In this document: positions 1 through 11,290 of the stretch, piece after piece
How positions within the stretch are numbered: position 1 is the stretch's first letter
How the letters are laid out: each line of letters begins with the position of its first letter
DNA from: Octopus bimaculoides
Lineage: Eukaryota
Assembly: GCF_001194135.2 (NCBI RefSeq)
Contig: NC_068983.1
Coordinates: forward strand, 110,111,305-110,175,304
Direction of reading: 5' to 3'
Length of the DNA: 64,000 nucleotides
Notes under the pieces: generated by a model
The model's input: the letters and a program-made list of their open reading frames with translations, nothing else
The model's database searches: none
Told to the model about the DNA's origin: nothing
Program-made: the position numbers and the translations under genes

Positions 1-1
1 A

Positions 2-195
2 AATATATATAACATACAGAAAATTGCACTACTGGGTACTGCACACATTCTACGCAAAACACTTTCAATACAGTAAACATAAGAGCACCACAGCAAACCA
101 CAGCACATACCCAAGGCGCACAGAGCTGCGCTCGGTAGTGAAGTGAAAGCACGTTATAAAAATAAAACTACTGAACGATAATAATAATAATAATA
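2..195 (+). mobile_element. 3' end of R4/Dong-type RLE non-LTR retrotransposon (subfamily 1): ORF C-terminus, 3'UTR, (TAA)n tail
   Basis: 2-76 translates NIYNIQKIALLGTAHILRKTLSIQ*, the typical 'QKxxLLGTAxILRK' C-terminus of R4/Dong ORFs. About 100 bp of 3'UTR follows, then (TAA)n at 178-195. A second copy lies at 4169-4311. Confidence 0.85.
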
Positions 196-1456
196 GGATG
201 GATTGTCAGCAAAAACAGGTGGTCGAAGTAATACTCAGCAAAAGCAGCGAATTATTGGGGATATGCAACAAAAGTACTTCCTACTTCACTGCAACGATAA
301 ATATTCATTATTAACGATAAAATAATAATAAGAAAAAAAACGAAAAAAACAAAAACAAAAAATAACCAATAAATAATGGAAACGTTGAAGAAATCTTTTA
401 AGAAAGAAATTGTCATTAATATAATGGAATTGCTTTTTGTCCTTATAAGTATTCTTATGAAAGTTTGTGTCCTATTGACGAATAAGTTTAATTACTTACT
501 ACCTGTTCAATTTATTTACACTTCCACTCGAAAAATCAACGGATACAAGCGAAACTATATTGATTGACCCAAAGGTAAATGAAAATGAATAATTTGAATG
601 AATGAATATAAAGTACGGAAATGGAGCTTGCAAAATACTGTATCGCCAGAAACAAAGCCAATAACCGTAGAAACGGTTTCTATATAGATAAATAAGAATA
701 GCTTATACCCTATCGCAAATAAGAGTGTAAATGTTTACATGAACACAAGAGAAATACCTTTTTATGCTTGATGGCATATTTTATAGTGGCAGTTTACTCC
801 ACCAAGAGGCCAATATGGTATACACAAATGATATATGGATAGGAAATATTCCAGATCCAAAAATAACTTAAGATTCCCAACGACTAGCTAATTAAATACG
901 TATTCTCATAATTAACTCTCATTCAGAAATAGAAATAGAGCATTTAAAATTATGAAAACATAACAAAAATATGAACAATTATAAAATACAAACAACGCAA
1001 GGAAAAACATTAAAGTTAGAAACATTATGAATGTGAACCACGAAGATAGACATGTAGCATGGAAAACAATTAAAACAAACAAAAAAATAAATATATAAAA
1101 CTCATTAATAATCGTAACATACAATATGTTAAGATTACTGACTCCTCAAAGTCGAATCAGATCAATTCAAACGAGAATATGAATACATCATATAGGAAAA
1201 CATTTAAGATTATAACACTGTACAGATAGGAACACTGGTTATGGTAATAATTTAAAGGTGATACAGAAGAACAGAAAATAACGTAAAAGGTTTGTTAATC
1301 TTTAATGAAATCAAATGTAGAAAGAGCTAAAAAAAGAAAAGGAAAAACTAGAAAAAGATCAACAAGCAAAACATAATTACTGTAGGAATAAAACATAACG
1401 GAAAGGGAATTACTAAGCTATTCTTCGAAACGGTATACTTACTAACACAGTATTCT

Positions 1457-2748
1457 ATAAGGTCCTCAAGTATGAAATTTGTAGAAAAGAAAAAAAGTTT
1501 GCTAATGTTTTATAAATACAAGAAATAATTTTATTCATCACACTACGCATTTTGCCATTTCAGCTGTAGCTTGTCCAGCCCGGAACTGTAAAAGCCTGGC
1601 GATCTAGAGTCACTAAAATCTTGGAAGGCCTGTTTTACAGCATCGTCGGAATTAAATTTTTTCTATCAAAAATTTATTCAAATTCTGGAAGAAGTGATAG
1701 TCAGTGGGGGCAAGATCAGGTGAATATGGTTGATGATGGAGAACTTCCAACTCCAACTCCTGTAGTTTCACCAATGTCATTTTTGCGAGTTGTAGTCCGG
1801 CGTTGTCTTGCAATAAAATAGGAGTGGATCTGTTGACTAATCTAGGCTGTTTTTCGTAAGTTTCTACATCATTTAGTTCAGTTAGCTGAAGTATACTTTG
1901 CCCGTGATTCATGAGGCAGGTTTAATGAAATCCTAATGGATCACACCAGCACCAGACCACCAAACACACACAATCAGCTTCTTTTGATGAATTTTGCGTT
2001 TTCGACTGTGTTTTGGTGGCTTGTCTTTGTCCGGCCATTGTGATAAACGTTTACAGTTGTATTGAATCCATTTCTCATCACATGTTACATTTCGATTAAA
2101 AAATTATTCGTTTTTGTGACGAGAAAGTAGCATAATGCAGGTTTCCAAACGTTACTGGTTCTGATTTTCCTTCAGTTCATGTGGAACCCACTTATCCAAC
2201 CTTTTCACTTTACCGATTTGAACTAGGTGAGTAATAATGTTTCCTTGCTAACATCAAACAACAACAATTCACGGGCACTTTGAGATGGATCTCACTCGAC
2301 GTTGGGCTTCAGTTCGTCATTATTCACCTTTGCTTCTGGTCGACCACGTTGCTCATGTGTGAGGTCAATGTTGCCAAAACAAAATTTTGCAAACCAATTT
2401 GATGCTATCTGCTGTATAATAACATTAGAATGAAATACTATCTGCTGTATAATAACATTAGAATGCAATACTTCCGAGCTCTCTGTGATACTGTATTTCC
2501 AAGAAAGAACTCATATTTCAAAAATGTACGAATTTCCGACTTATCCATCTCTAAACAAAAATAGCAAAAAAAAAAAACAAACTATTTATAAAGACTTTAT
2601 AAAGCAAAAAATGAGTTAGAAAAAAAAAATGATGTGTCAGCTTTCTAACAAAAAATAAAGATTGTCAAAATATAATAATGACGCAAAATGTGCAGCTGTC
2701 AAAGTTTACCATATACCTTACTACAAATTTCATACTTGTCGACCTAAT
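1457..2748 (-). mobile_element. Full-length (~1.29 kb) decayed mariner transposon with ~30-bp TIRs
   Basis: The minus strand gives LDKWVPHEL (~2175-2195), NVTCDEKWIQY (~2060-2090), LLQDNA and EVLHHQPYSPDLAPTDYHFF (ORF 1652-1912). Left TIR is aaggtcctcaagtatgaaatttgtagaaaag (1459-1489); the right TIR (2717-2746) reverse-complements to taggtcgacaagtatgaaatttgtagtaag. TA flanks; frameshifts and stops present. Confidence 0.95.
2405..2470. repeat. ~33-bp tandem duplication inside the mariner
   Basis: ctatctgctgtataataacattagaatg(a/c)aata occurs twice back to back. Confidence 0.85.
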
Positions 2749-2859
2749 ATCAAATTCAGATGCTGAAAATAAAGTGTTGAAAAAGACCCTGTGCAAGGAT
2801 AAAAGCTGCAGAAAATTGATAAAGTACAGCGTACGCAAATGAAATAGTAAGTAGTAAGT

Positions 2860-3857
2860 TGGGCAACATTCTGATGAACTGTCTAATAAAAAAGGTCAAA
2901 ATAATAAATAAATAAATAAATATGCAATCTCAGTCATAAACCATTGTTTCATCATGAATTGGAAGTTAAGTAAATTGAAAACAATGTAGTAAATCTAGAA
3001 ACCTGGAAAATCCAGATTTGTCTATGATTTTGCTACAGACGGCGAAAACATATGCCAAACCATACATCAAAATTGAAAAGACCTTGATTTTCTTGTTCAA
3101 GCAGTAAGAAAAATTAGCAAGATTACTGGCATACAGTTTGCGGTGAACACGTGCAGTATTATGAAGAAAAGTTGGGCGATTAAGTCCGATGGTTTAAACA
3201 AGTCGTAAGATAGTATCATTATAACATTGAAAGAGAATAAAGGATACAAGTACCTAGAGGTTCGGAGGACGATAAGATAATTGAAAGGAAAATGAACAAG
3301 AAAGTCTCAAATGAGTATAACAGAAAAGATAGGAAGAACACTTACTGGGAAGTAACGCCGTTAAAGCAATCAACACATGACATATGCCTATGTTGAGGTA
3401 CACTGCTTCTGTATTAATGTGGATAAGTGGAAAGCTACAGGAATTAAAGTGGGCGAAGAAGTAGCTGTTGTTAGAATATAAAAAAAAATACTGAATCAGT
3501 GAAACATTTCAAGAATACAAAGAACGATTAAACAAACAACTAGAAACAGAAAGAAGCACGTGGTTAATTCATGCAACAGAGTTAGAACGCTAGAAGTGAA
3601 GAAAGCTGGTTCGGTGTTTGAGATAGAAACTTGAATCAAGAAGATGGGTCACGAATTATAACCACCGAGAAACAAACCATTGGAACGAATTTAGCAAAGA
3701 TAAATATTGATAACTAGGTCAGCCAGTTAACAAAGAAAATGCGAGAAAGAGATCGAGAGCCATCTTCTAATTGAATGCAATACACTGCCACAAAAATAAC
3801 TTATACACAGGCATAAAAGTACTGGTAAAAAGTGCATTATAATATCAGTCAAATCTG
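2860..3857 (+). mobile_element. Heavily decayed R4/Dong-type RT-thumb plus CCHC zinc-knuckle relic
   Basis: Fragments read in mixed frames: LVQAVRKISKITGIQFAVNTC (cf. SxDIGMxFGxDKC), ENKGYKYLEV, VKAINT..PMLRYTASVLMW, and RKCEKEIESHLLIECNTLPQK*LIHRHK (cf. CRxC...ETIxHxxSxC..LAQKEYxxRH). Confidence 0.7.
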
Positions 3858-4102
3858 AACAACCCTTATCCACGGACCTTTTGATTGGTATAGTCTGCTC
3901 AACCTGAAGAAAATTGAAAGTGGGCCCCCACCTGCAAGGTCATGAGCTGTTTATCTTGATATGGGAATACCATGTCGCGCACATATCGTTGTGATGCATG
4001 TAACTGGTGTACCCTTATCAAACGGGTAGTCATTGTGGGCATAATGAGATTCGTATATTTTACCCCAGTGTCATTTTGATGGCATGCACTGTTCTCTCAT
4101 TC
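3858..4102 (+). mobile_element. 5'-truncated SINE-like element, family A, ending directly in (AAT)n
   Basis: Colinear with 5668-5912 (gggccccacctgc..ggtcatg.gctgtttatcttgatatg...catgtcgcgcacatat...ggcatgcactg..ctc.ctc followed by (aat)n). Non-coding. Confidence 0.75.

Positions 4103-4168
<66 letters not shown>
4103..4168. repeat. (AAT)22 microsatellite
   Basis: Perfect AAT run between the family A SINE and the Dong 3' end. Confidence 0.98.
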
Positions 4169-4169
<1 letters not shown>

Positions 4170-4323
4170 GGCACTGCACACATCCTACGCAAAACACTTT
4201 CAATACAGTAACCATAAGAGCATCACAGCAAACCACAGCACATACCCAAGGCACACAGAGCTGCACTCGGTAGTGAAGTGAAAGCACGTTATAAAAATAA
4301 AACTACTGAACAATAATAATAAT
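4169..4323 (+). mobile_element. Short 5'-truncated R4/Dong subfamily 1 3' end inserted in an (AAT)n array
   Basis: About 6 substitutions in ~143 bp versus 35-176 (GTAHILRKTLSIQ* plus 3'UTR). (AAT)n on both sides. Confidence 0.9.
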
Positions 4324-4774
4324 ACTTGTGTGCTAATAGATGTAAGTATTTCCACTGATAAAAATATATCTGTAAATGAATTAGACAAATTAAGCAAATA
4401 GAAGGACCTGGAAACTGAAATACAAAAGATGTGGCATCTCAAAGAAAGAACTGCTCCTGTTATCGTAGGTGTTCTAGGTGTAATGAAAAGTGGATGTCAG
4501 AAACAATTAGATAATATCTCAGGAGAACCATGTCTCAGAGAAATCCCAAGGATTGTGCTGATAAATACTGCCCACATCCTTAGAAAAATCCTATCAATTT
4601 AAACGTCTAAATTTTTTTGCATGAAGATACTTCGCTACCACCTGCTACTTCCCTTCCCCAAGCTTTCCGTCATACTGTAACATCACTTATCCTTCACTCG
4701 CCCTAGGACGCTTGTAGTGTCTCGGTAAGTGATTGTAACAAACATGCAGATTAAAAGTAAATAGCAATAATAAT
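4324..4774 (+). mobile_element. R4/Dong-type RLE domain and 3'UTR (subfamily 2)
   Basis: 4324-4602 reads TCVLIDVSISTDKNISVNELDKLSK*KDLETEIQKMWHLKERTAPVIVGVLGVMKSG...INTAHILRKILSI*, matching the RLE pattern CxxIDV...KxxKYxDL..EIxRMW....PVIxGxLG. One internal stop. The 3'UTR ends in aataataat at 4766-4774. Confidence 0.88.
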
Positions 4775-5109
4775 ATGTACTATATAGTTCATATAGCTTG
4801 CCCTTTTGACCCACAAATAGTCAAGGAAGAGGGTGAAAACAAGAGGTAGGTACGAAATGGCTCGGCTATGGAAAATGAAGAAGGTGAAGATAATTACAAA
4901 TATTGTTGGCTCCTTCTGGAATCATGTGGAATATAAAGGAAATCGAAATAGAGTTACCAGTGGGACTGTTACGAAAGATTTGCTTCCTTGTTACGGCCAG
5001 AATAATCAGGAATGTATTAGATGACTGAAAAGAACGGTTAGCATGGTGCCCTAAGGCTGCAGGCAATAAGCCTGCTACGCATGCAAGATTCCAGGAGTTC
5101 CCACAAAAC

Positions 5110-5115
<6 letters not shown>
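4775..5115 (+). mobile_element. R4/Dong-type RLE domain and 3'UTR (subfamily 3)
   Basis: Three frames read MYYIVHIACPFDPQIVKEEGEN / YEMARLWKMKKVKIITNIVGS / IKEIEIELPVGLLRKICFLVTARIIRNVLDD*. About 90 bp of UTR follows, then long (TAA)n. Confidence 0.8.

Positions 5116-5197
<82 letters not shown>
5116..5197. repeat. (TAA)n array running into assembly gap 5198-5440
   Basis: Perfect TAA run followed by Ns. Confidence 0.98.
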
Positions 5198-5440
5198 NNN
5201 NNNNNNNNNNNNNNNNNNNNNNNNNNNNNNNNNNNNNNNNNNNNNNNNNNNNNNNNNNNNNNNNNNNNNNNNNNNNNNNNNNNNNNNNNNNNNNNNNNNN
5301 NNNNNNNNNNNNNNNNNNNNNNNNNNNNNNNNNNNNNNNNNNNNNNNNNNNNNNNNNNNNNNNNNNNNNNNNNNNNNNNNNNNNNNNNNNNNNNNNNNNN
5401 NNNNNNNNNNNNNNNNNNNNNNNNNNNNNNNNNNNNNNNN

Positions 5441-5912
5441 NTGGTATAAAAGATGGGCTACAACAAATATTCTGCTTAATACCACAGATTTGCTTGTCAG
5501 TTGTTTGACCTTAACCAGTTGAGCATGTCCCTTGGTGGCTGTCGATATGTGCATCTCTGATCACGAGCAGAAGTAGTGGGGGACCATCATAGCCATGTGT
5601 TGAGAGGAATTCTTTGGGGTTTGAATAATTCACCTTTGGAAACATAGGTGTTTTGCTCAACATCCTTAAACAAACCTTATTCAGGGACCTTTTGAGTGGG
5701 ATGGGCTACTCGACTTGAAGAAAATTCTAACTGGGCCCCACCTGCGAGGTCATGTGCTGTTTATCTTGATATGAGATGACCATGTCGCGCACATATGGTT
5801 GTGATGCATGTGCCTGGTGTACCATTATCAGACGGGTAGTCAAGATGGTAATAATGGGCTTCGTATATTTTTCCCCAGTGTCACTTTGGTGGCATGCACT
5901 GCTATCTCACTC

Positions 5913-5953
<41 letters not shown>

Positions 5954-5960
5954 TAATAAT
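5441..5960 (+). mobile_element. SINE-like family A body (5' end hidden in gap) with (AAT)n tail 5913-5960
   Basis: Non-coding, higher-GC 470-bp block homologous to 3858-4102 and ending in (AAT)n. Resembles an abundant octopus interspersed repeat. Confidence 0.75.
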
Positions 5961-6649
5961 GCATCAGCAACAATAACAACAACAATTAAAATGATAATGA
6001 TGATAATGAAGATGATGAAGATGATTTCTTTTGTTAATATAAAATGAATGAACCACAACACTATTATGGTTCTTGAATTCAAAGATTGCATTTACTTAAA
6101 AATTCATATTGCTCAGTTTATTAACTATTTTATTTACTTAGTTTTGTTTGTAATCTATGCAAAAAATAAAAGTGCCAAGCATTAAAACAATTACAACAAT
6201 ACAATCTATATAATAATGCAAATGTTTTCTTTTCGTTGAATTTCTATAGGATCTTTATGATCTAAAGAACGGACCAAGTATTATAATGCATAATGATTGC
6301 ATAATTACTAGATCAGTTGTCACTCATGCGATTTTGTAAATGAAACCAACAAAGAGTTTTTTGAAAGTTATACAATTCTTGAAACAAAGCAATAAACAAA
6401 GATTAATATTCCCAGAAAAATAACAGTATGGCAATGAAACATTAAATTCTTACCCATGACTAAATTATACTGAAATTAAATGTATAATTAACATAAAAGC
6501 CATTCTCTTCGGTTATAAAAATCTTTGACTTTATTGTCGGATTACCTTTTACTTAACATCGCGAACCTAACTGTCATCACTGTTGTTGCTATTGCTTCCT
6601 GTACTACTTGCAGATTGCTACTGTTACATCAACATTATCCTCATTGCCA

Positions 6650-6746
6650 CTTACTACCACCACCACCACTACCGCCTAATGCCTACAACAACAACAACAA
6701 CAACAACAACAACAGTAACTTACAACAGCCATTACTGCTATTAATG

Positions 6747-6802
<56 letters not shown>

Positions 6803-6860
6803 GCTACTGCTATTGCTGCTGCACTTGCTGCTTCCGCTGCACCTGCTGCTGCTGTTGCCT
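6650..6860. repeat. Compound trinucleotide tract (CCA)(CAA)n(CTA)n(CTG)n
   Basis: Direct reading; it accounts for the poly-P/N/L/S/V ORFs. Confidence 0.9.
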
Positions 6861-7220
6861 TTGAATTGCATTTTCTCCCAGTTAACGTGTCCATTTCAAG
6901 AATCATTCACCTGAATGGTAGATTATCGACTGGATAATCTGATAATCTACCATTGTTTTGTGAATGTCTAAAAACTTATACGTTCACGTGCGGGCCGGGT
7001 CGATAAGCATCAGTAACCAAAGAAGTTCACTATCCGTATTGTGTGAGAGCGAGGAAGGAGTTTAGCCATGGGTGCTATGCATCGTTGTGTTCATAGGAAC
7101 TTAGGCGAATATATGTATACGCATGTGAATGTGTGTGTGTGTGCACGAGTGTGTATGTATGCACATCTCTATGTATGCGGATGCTTAATTTCGATATAGT
7201 ATGTGTGAGCATGAACAGTT

Positions 7221-7435
7221 ATTGATTTCAAATTTTTGCACAAGGCCTGTAATTTCTGGAGCGGGGATAAGTCAATTACATCGTGGTCAGTGTTCAACTG
7301 GTACTTACATTATCGACCTCGAAAGATGAATGGCAAAGTCGACCTTGGCGGAATTTGAACTCAGAACGCGAAGACGGACGAAATGCCGCCAAGCATTTTA
7401 TCCGGCGTGTTAACTATTCTGCAAGCTCGCCACTT
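7221..7435 (-). mobile_element. tRNA-headed SINE, family B
   Basis: Reverse complement carries gcgagcttgcagaatagttaac...gagttcaaattccgccaaggtcgactttgccattcatctttcgaggtcgataat..aagtaccag, the same block as 36152-36366 and 50689-50903. Confidence 0.9.
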
Positions 7436-7702
7436 TAGTGTGAGTAATTATTGGCACACAAGATGGTTAATGCTTGCAAGTGAGAGGGCGAGAGTTTCGC
7501 GGTACACTATTTGTTACTCACTACAGGCAACGGAATTTCTTACGAGTACGCTATATTTGGTTGGTTGGAGCTGCTTATTCGGAATTATATTATAAATCTA
7601 TCAATAAATGGACCAATACACACTTTACCACTGATCGATGATTGTGGCTGTTTGTACTACAGTTGGTATTTTTGTTATTATTATTGCCATTGTTATTGCC
7701 GT

Positions 7703-7996
7703 TGGGTGGCGCATAGACTAGAGGCAAGAGTGTTGCACTCACGAGATAGTGAGTTCAAATCCTAGACCGAATGGTGCGTTGTGTCTTTGAGTAAAACACT
7801 TAATCTCATGTTGCTCAGTGATCACATCGACACGTGATGCATGGTACACCGTGCAACTATTCTGGCAACGACCATTTGATGGAGAGAGTGTGCTAATGTA
7901 CAACACATACATTTGATCCACCATAAGCAAATCATTTGTGCAGGTTGTTCAGCAACAAGCTGAACGCTCATACGTCGTCTTCGACGGGAGAGTCCA
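7703..7996 (+). mobile_element. Diverged tRNA-headed SINE with CORE-like central block
   Basis: B-box-like gagttcaaatcc, then tgcgttgtgtctttgagtaaaacactt (cf. tgtgtccttgagcaagacactt). A related copy lies at 63250-63430. Confidence 0.7.
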
Positions 7997-8519
7997 TTAT
8001 TGTCACTAGGGCTTCTATCGTGGTTATTGTAGTTGTCCTCACCATTGTGTCTGCTGCTTTATAGGGTTATCACCCTGCTCTCTGTTGAATGTATATATAT
8101 ACGTATGGGGACAGTTGTGAGACGGTACGAATGTGTATCTGTATCTGCCTGTATGTGTATATAATGGAGTGACCTCCTCTACAACCCCAACAATATATCG
8201 ACCTTTCCTATCTCTTTACTCCTTTATGCTACACTTCACTTTGTATTCCACCAATCCATTCATGAGTTAGACAAATTGCATAACGTGATATAAACTATAG
8301 TTTGTATTCTTTGCGAAAACATTGATCAGATAGTTGACTATATTTTCTGCATTTCGTTAATAATATTATGGGGTACGTATTCTGCACGCTAGCCTATCCT
8401 GTAGTTTGCTGCTGCCCTTCGTCTAATAGCATTCGATACATACGTGGAGTGTATAACTTTTTACAGAGCCTTAATTTACGTGTCACGCCTTCCAGTGCAT
8501 ATATATTTGTGTATATGTG

Positions 8520-9179
8520 CTAACACACACACACACACACACACACATACACACAAACATACGTACACACACACATATACATACGTACACAAACACACAC
8601 ATATATATATATACATATACATATATATGTATACATATATTTACATATATATATGTATATACATATATATGTGCATGTATATGTGTANNNNNNNNNNNNN
8701 NNNNNNNNNNNNNNNNNNNNNNNNNNNNNNNNNNNNNNNNNNNNNNNNNNNNNNNNNNNNNNNNNNNNNNNNNNNNNNNNNNNNNNNNNNNNNNNNNNNN
8801 NNNNNNNNNNNNNNNNNNNNNNNNNNNNNNNNNNNNNNNNNNNNNNNNNNNNNNNNNNNNNNNNNNNNNNNNNNNNNNNNNNNNNNNNNNNNNNNNNNNN
8901 NNNNNNNNNNNNNNNNNNNNNNNNNNNNNNNNNNNNNNNNNNNNNNNNNNNNNNNNNNNNNNNNNNNNNNNNNNNNNNNNNNNNNNNNNNNNNNNNNNNN
9001 NNNNNNNNNNNNNNNNNNNNNNNNNNNNNNNNNNNNNNNNNNNNNNNNNNNNNNNNNNNNNNNNNNNNNNNNNNNNNNNNNNNNNNNNNNNNNNNNNNNN
9101 NNNNNNNNNNNNNNNNNNNNNNNNNNNNNNNNNNNNNNNNNNNNNNNNNNNNNNNNNNNNNNNNNNNNNNNNNNNNNNN

Positions 9180-9216
<37 letters not shown>

Positions 9217-9360
9217 CAAAATATATACACACAAAATATATACACACAATATATATATATAAATAAATGTATATACGTATATACACACACATATATATGT
9301 ATATACATATATATTTATACGCACACACATACATTGTGTGTGCTTGTGTGTGTGTATGTA
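8520..9360. repeat. (CA)n/(TA)n/(CATA)n microsatellite field around gap 8688-9179
   Basis: Direct reading; it explains six overlapping 230-300 aa 'ORFs'. Confidence 0.95.
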
Positions 9361-9859
9361 TATCCATATTTACAGAGACACACATGCTTTATCGAAATTA
9401 ACGACTTCGGTAAAATATGGTCTGTTTTTGGCTGAATGCACGCCTGTGACTATTATTTAGGGAACGCTCTTTACATAGAGGTATGTAAACAAAAACGAAG
9501 ATATACAGAAGAGAGATAAATATCAATATGTTATGTGTAGGGTTGTGTATGGAAATACAGGGACTATGTAATAGTAAGGCCAGTTGTTGCGGCTTGTTTG
9601 AAGAGAGAAATCAAACATGTATACCCATAACAATTTTATAATACACAGACAGACACACATACACGCATGCACACAAACACACGTGTATATATTCATATAT
9701 CTTATTCAAAAGAATTCCAACTCTGTCTGTTTTTCGTTTTATTTATATTCTTATAAAATTAATGTAGGATATAGAATATGGAATATATAGTATATATAGT
9801 AAAATGAAATGAAGTATTGAATGTCTTATTGAATAAATGAAATATTGAATATTAAGTAT

Positions 9860-10561
9860 TAAAGGACTAGTATATTTTCGTGCTTTCTAGCAGTCTTCAC
9901 GGTCCCAATTGATAGGAATGCTTCAACTGTAGTCTTTTGTCTTTTACATACATTCCAGTGCACAGCAGTAATAGTTGTTTGGCTATTTTTAGAGATGATG
10001 CCAAACCATTTTTCAATGTTTATTTGTAGAAATGATGACAGCAGTACTTTTTAGAGATTTCTTGTGTTTTAGTTATAGGGATAAGATTTGTAAACCCCAA
10101 ATAAGATTAATTTAATCATCGTTTATTAGCTTAGGTTTGAATTTCTTAATAAAGTCATTTTCTCTCAGTTTTCTCTCAATTTCATTCAGGTTGTAAAGTT
10201 TATGAAATGGAAATATCATAAACGTTTTTCGACCACATGCTGCCAGATGGTTACTCAGTGGTATTTGGCGGACTTCTGGATTTTTAATTTGTTGTCGATG
10301 CACACGCGAGCGTTCTGATAGTGCATTACTTGTCAGGACAACGTAACGTTCTTCACAATTTGGGCATTTGATGCAGTAGATTAAATTTCTGCTTTTGCAG
10401 TTCATGCTCGCGTTTGTGAATATTTTCCCTGTTTTTGTGTTCCTATATGGGCCGGTATGAATTAATTGGCATGTACCGCATCGGCTATCATTGCATTTAG
10501 ACACAGTGAATGCTTGATTTTTGTTGCTAAGGTCAAACCTTGCCTTTGTTAATAACTTTGG
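9860..10561 (-). mobile_element. Penelope-like element 3' part: linker, GIY-YIG endonuclease and 3' region
   Basis: Stop-free 10561-10112 reads PKLLTKARFDLSNKNQAFTVSKCNDSRCGTC...NCKSRNLIYCIKCPNCEERYVVLT..LSERSRVHRQQI...LSNHL...ENDFIKKFKPKLIND*. It has the Penelope CxxxxCxxC linker, IY-C..C, YxG-like motif, the conserved R and two His. A degenerate hammerhead-like motif lies downstream at 9864-9905. Confidence 0.9.
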
Positions 10562-10831
10562 CGTTGTGAGTGTTTATTGCGCGAAAACACCTAAAGCTCC
10601 ACGAAGCTCCGGCAGGGGATGGTGGTGAACCCCGCTGTACTCTTTCACCACAACTTTCTCTCACTCTTCTTTTCTGTTTTTGTTGTACCTGTATTTCAAA
10701 GGGCCAGCCTTGTCACACTGTGTTACGCTGAATCTTTCCGAGACTAACGTTAAGGGTATACGTGTCTATGGAGTGCTCACGAGCAGGCTGTTCCGTTGAT
10801 CGGATCAATTGGAACACTCGTCGTCGTAACC
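10560..10831 (+). mobile_element. Headless copy of SINE family C, abutting the Penelope ORF
   Basis: Reverse-complement homolog of 21350-21645. It lacks the tRNA head and has a ~22-nt internal deletion between tca microhomologies (gtgctca|gccacttgcacgttaatttca|cgag). Confidence 0.88.
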
Positions 10832-11011
10832 NNNNNNNNNNTATATATATATATATATATTTATTTATATATATATCAAAGCAAGGAAAAAACCATTATC
10901 CTTCAGAAGGATGTAGAACATCCAATTTTCACTGGTTCTTCAGTTGAATGTGACAAATAAAATGGCATAATTACAATATACAAATATTAAAGGAAATACA
11001 GAAATAGAACA

Positions 11012-11290
11012 GACATATTAAAAATGTATTTACATTATAATATGATATGATTATGCTGTAAAATATAATAATATAATGTAATATAACAAATAGTTAAAAG
11101 ATATATAAATCCAATAATTTGTTTCGACTAGTGAATTTATAAAATTCACATTTATACATATGTGTCTCCTCAGACCAAAAAAAAAAAAAAAAAAAAAAGT
11201 TAAAAGATGCAGACAACTTGTCCATGCAAGGATTGCTAAATGATAAAAAGACTGATTAAAAATACACCTATGTTTACAAGCCTGAGAGAA
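11012..11290 (-). repeat. Direct repeat copy A carrying a hammerhead core
   Basis: Colinear with 12400-12770 (gacatat..aaaat.tatttacattataatat; aatttgtttcgact; ccatgcaagga.tgctaaat.ataaaa.ga.; ctatgtttac.agc.tgag). Minus strand reads CUGAGGA-GAC..GUC-GAAAC at 11173-11121. Confidence 0.8.
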
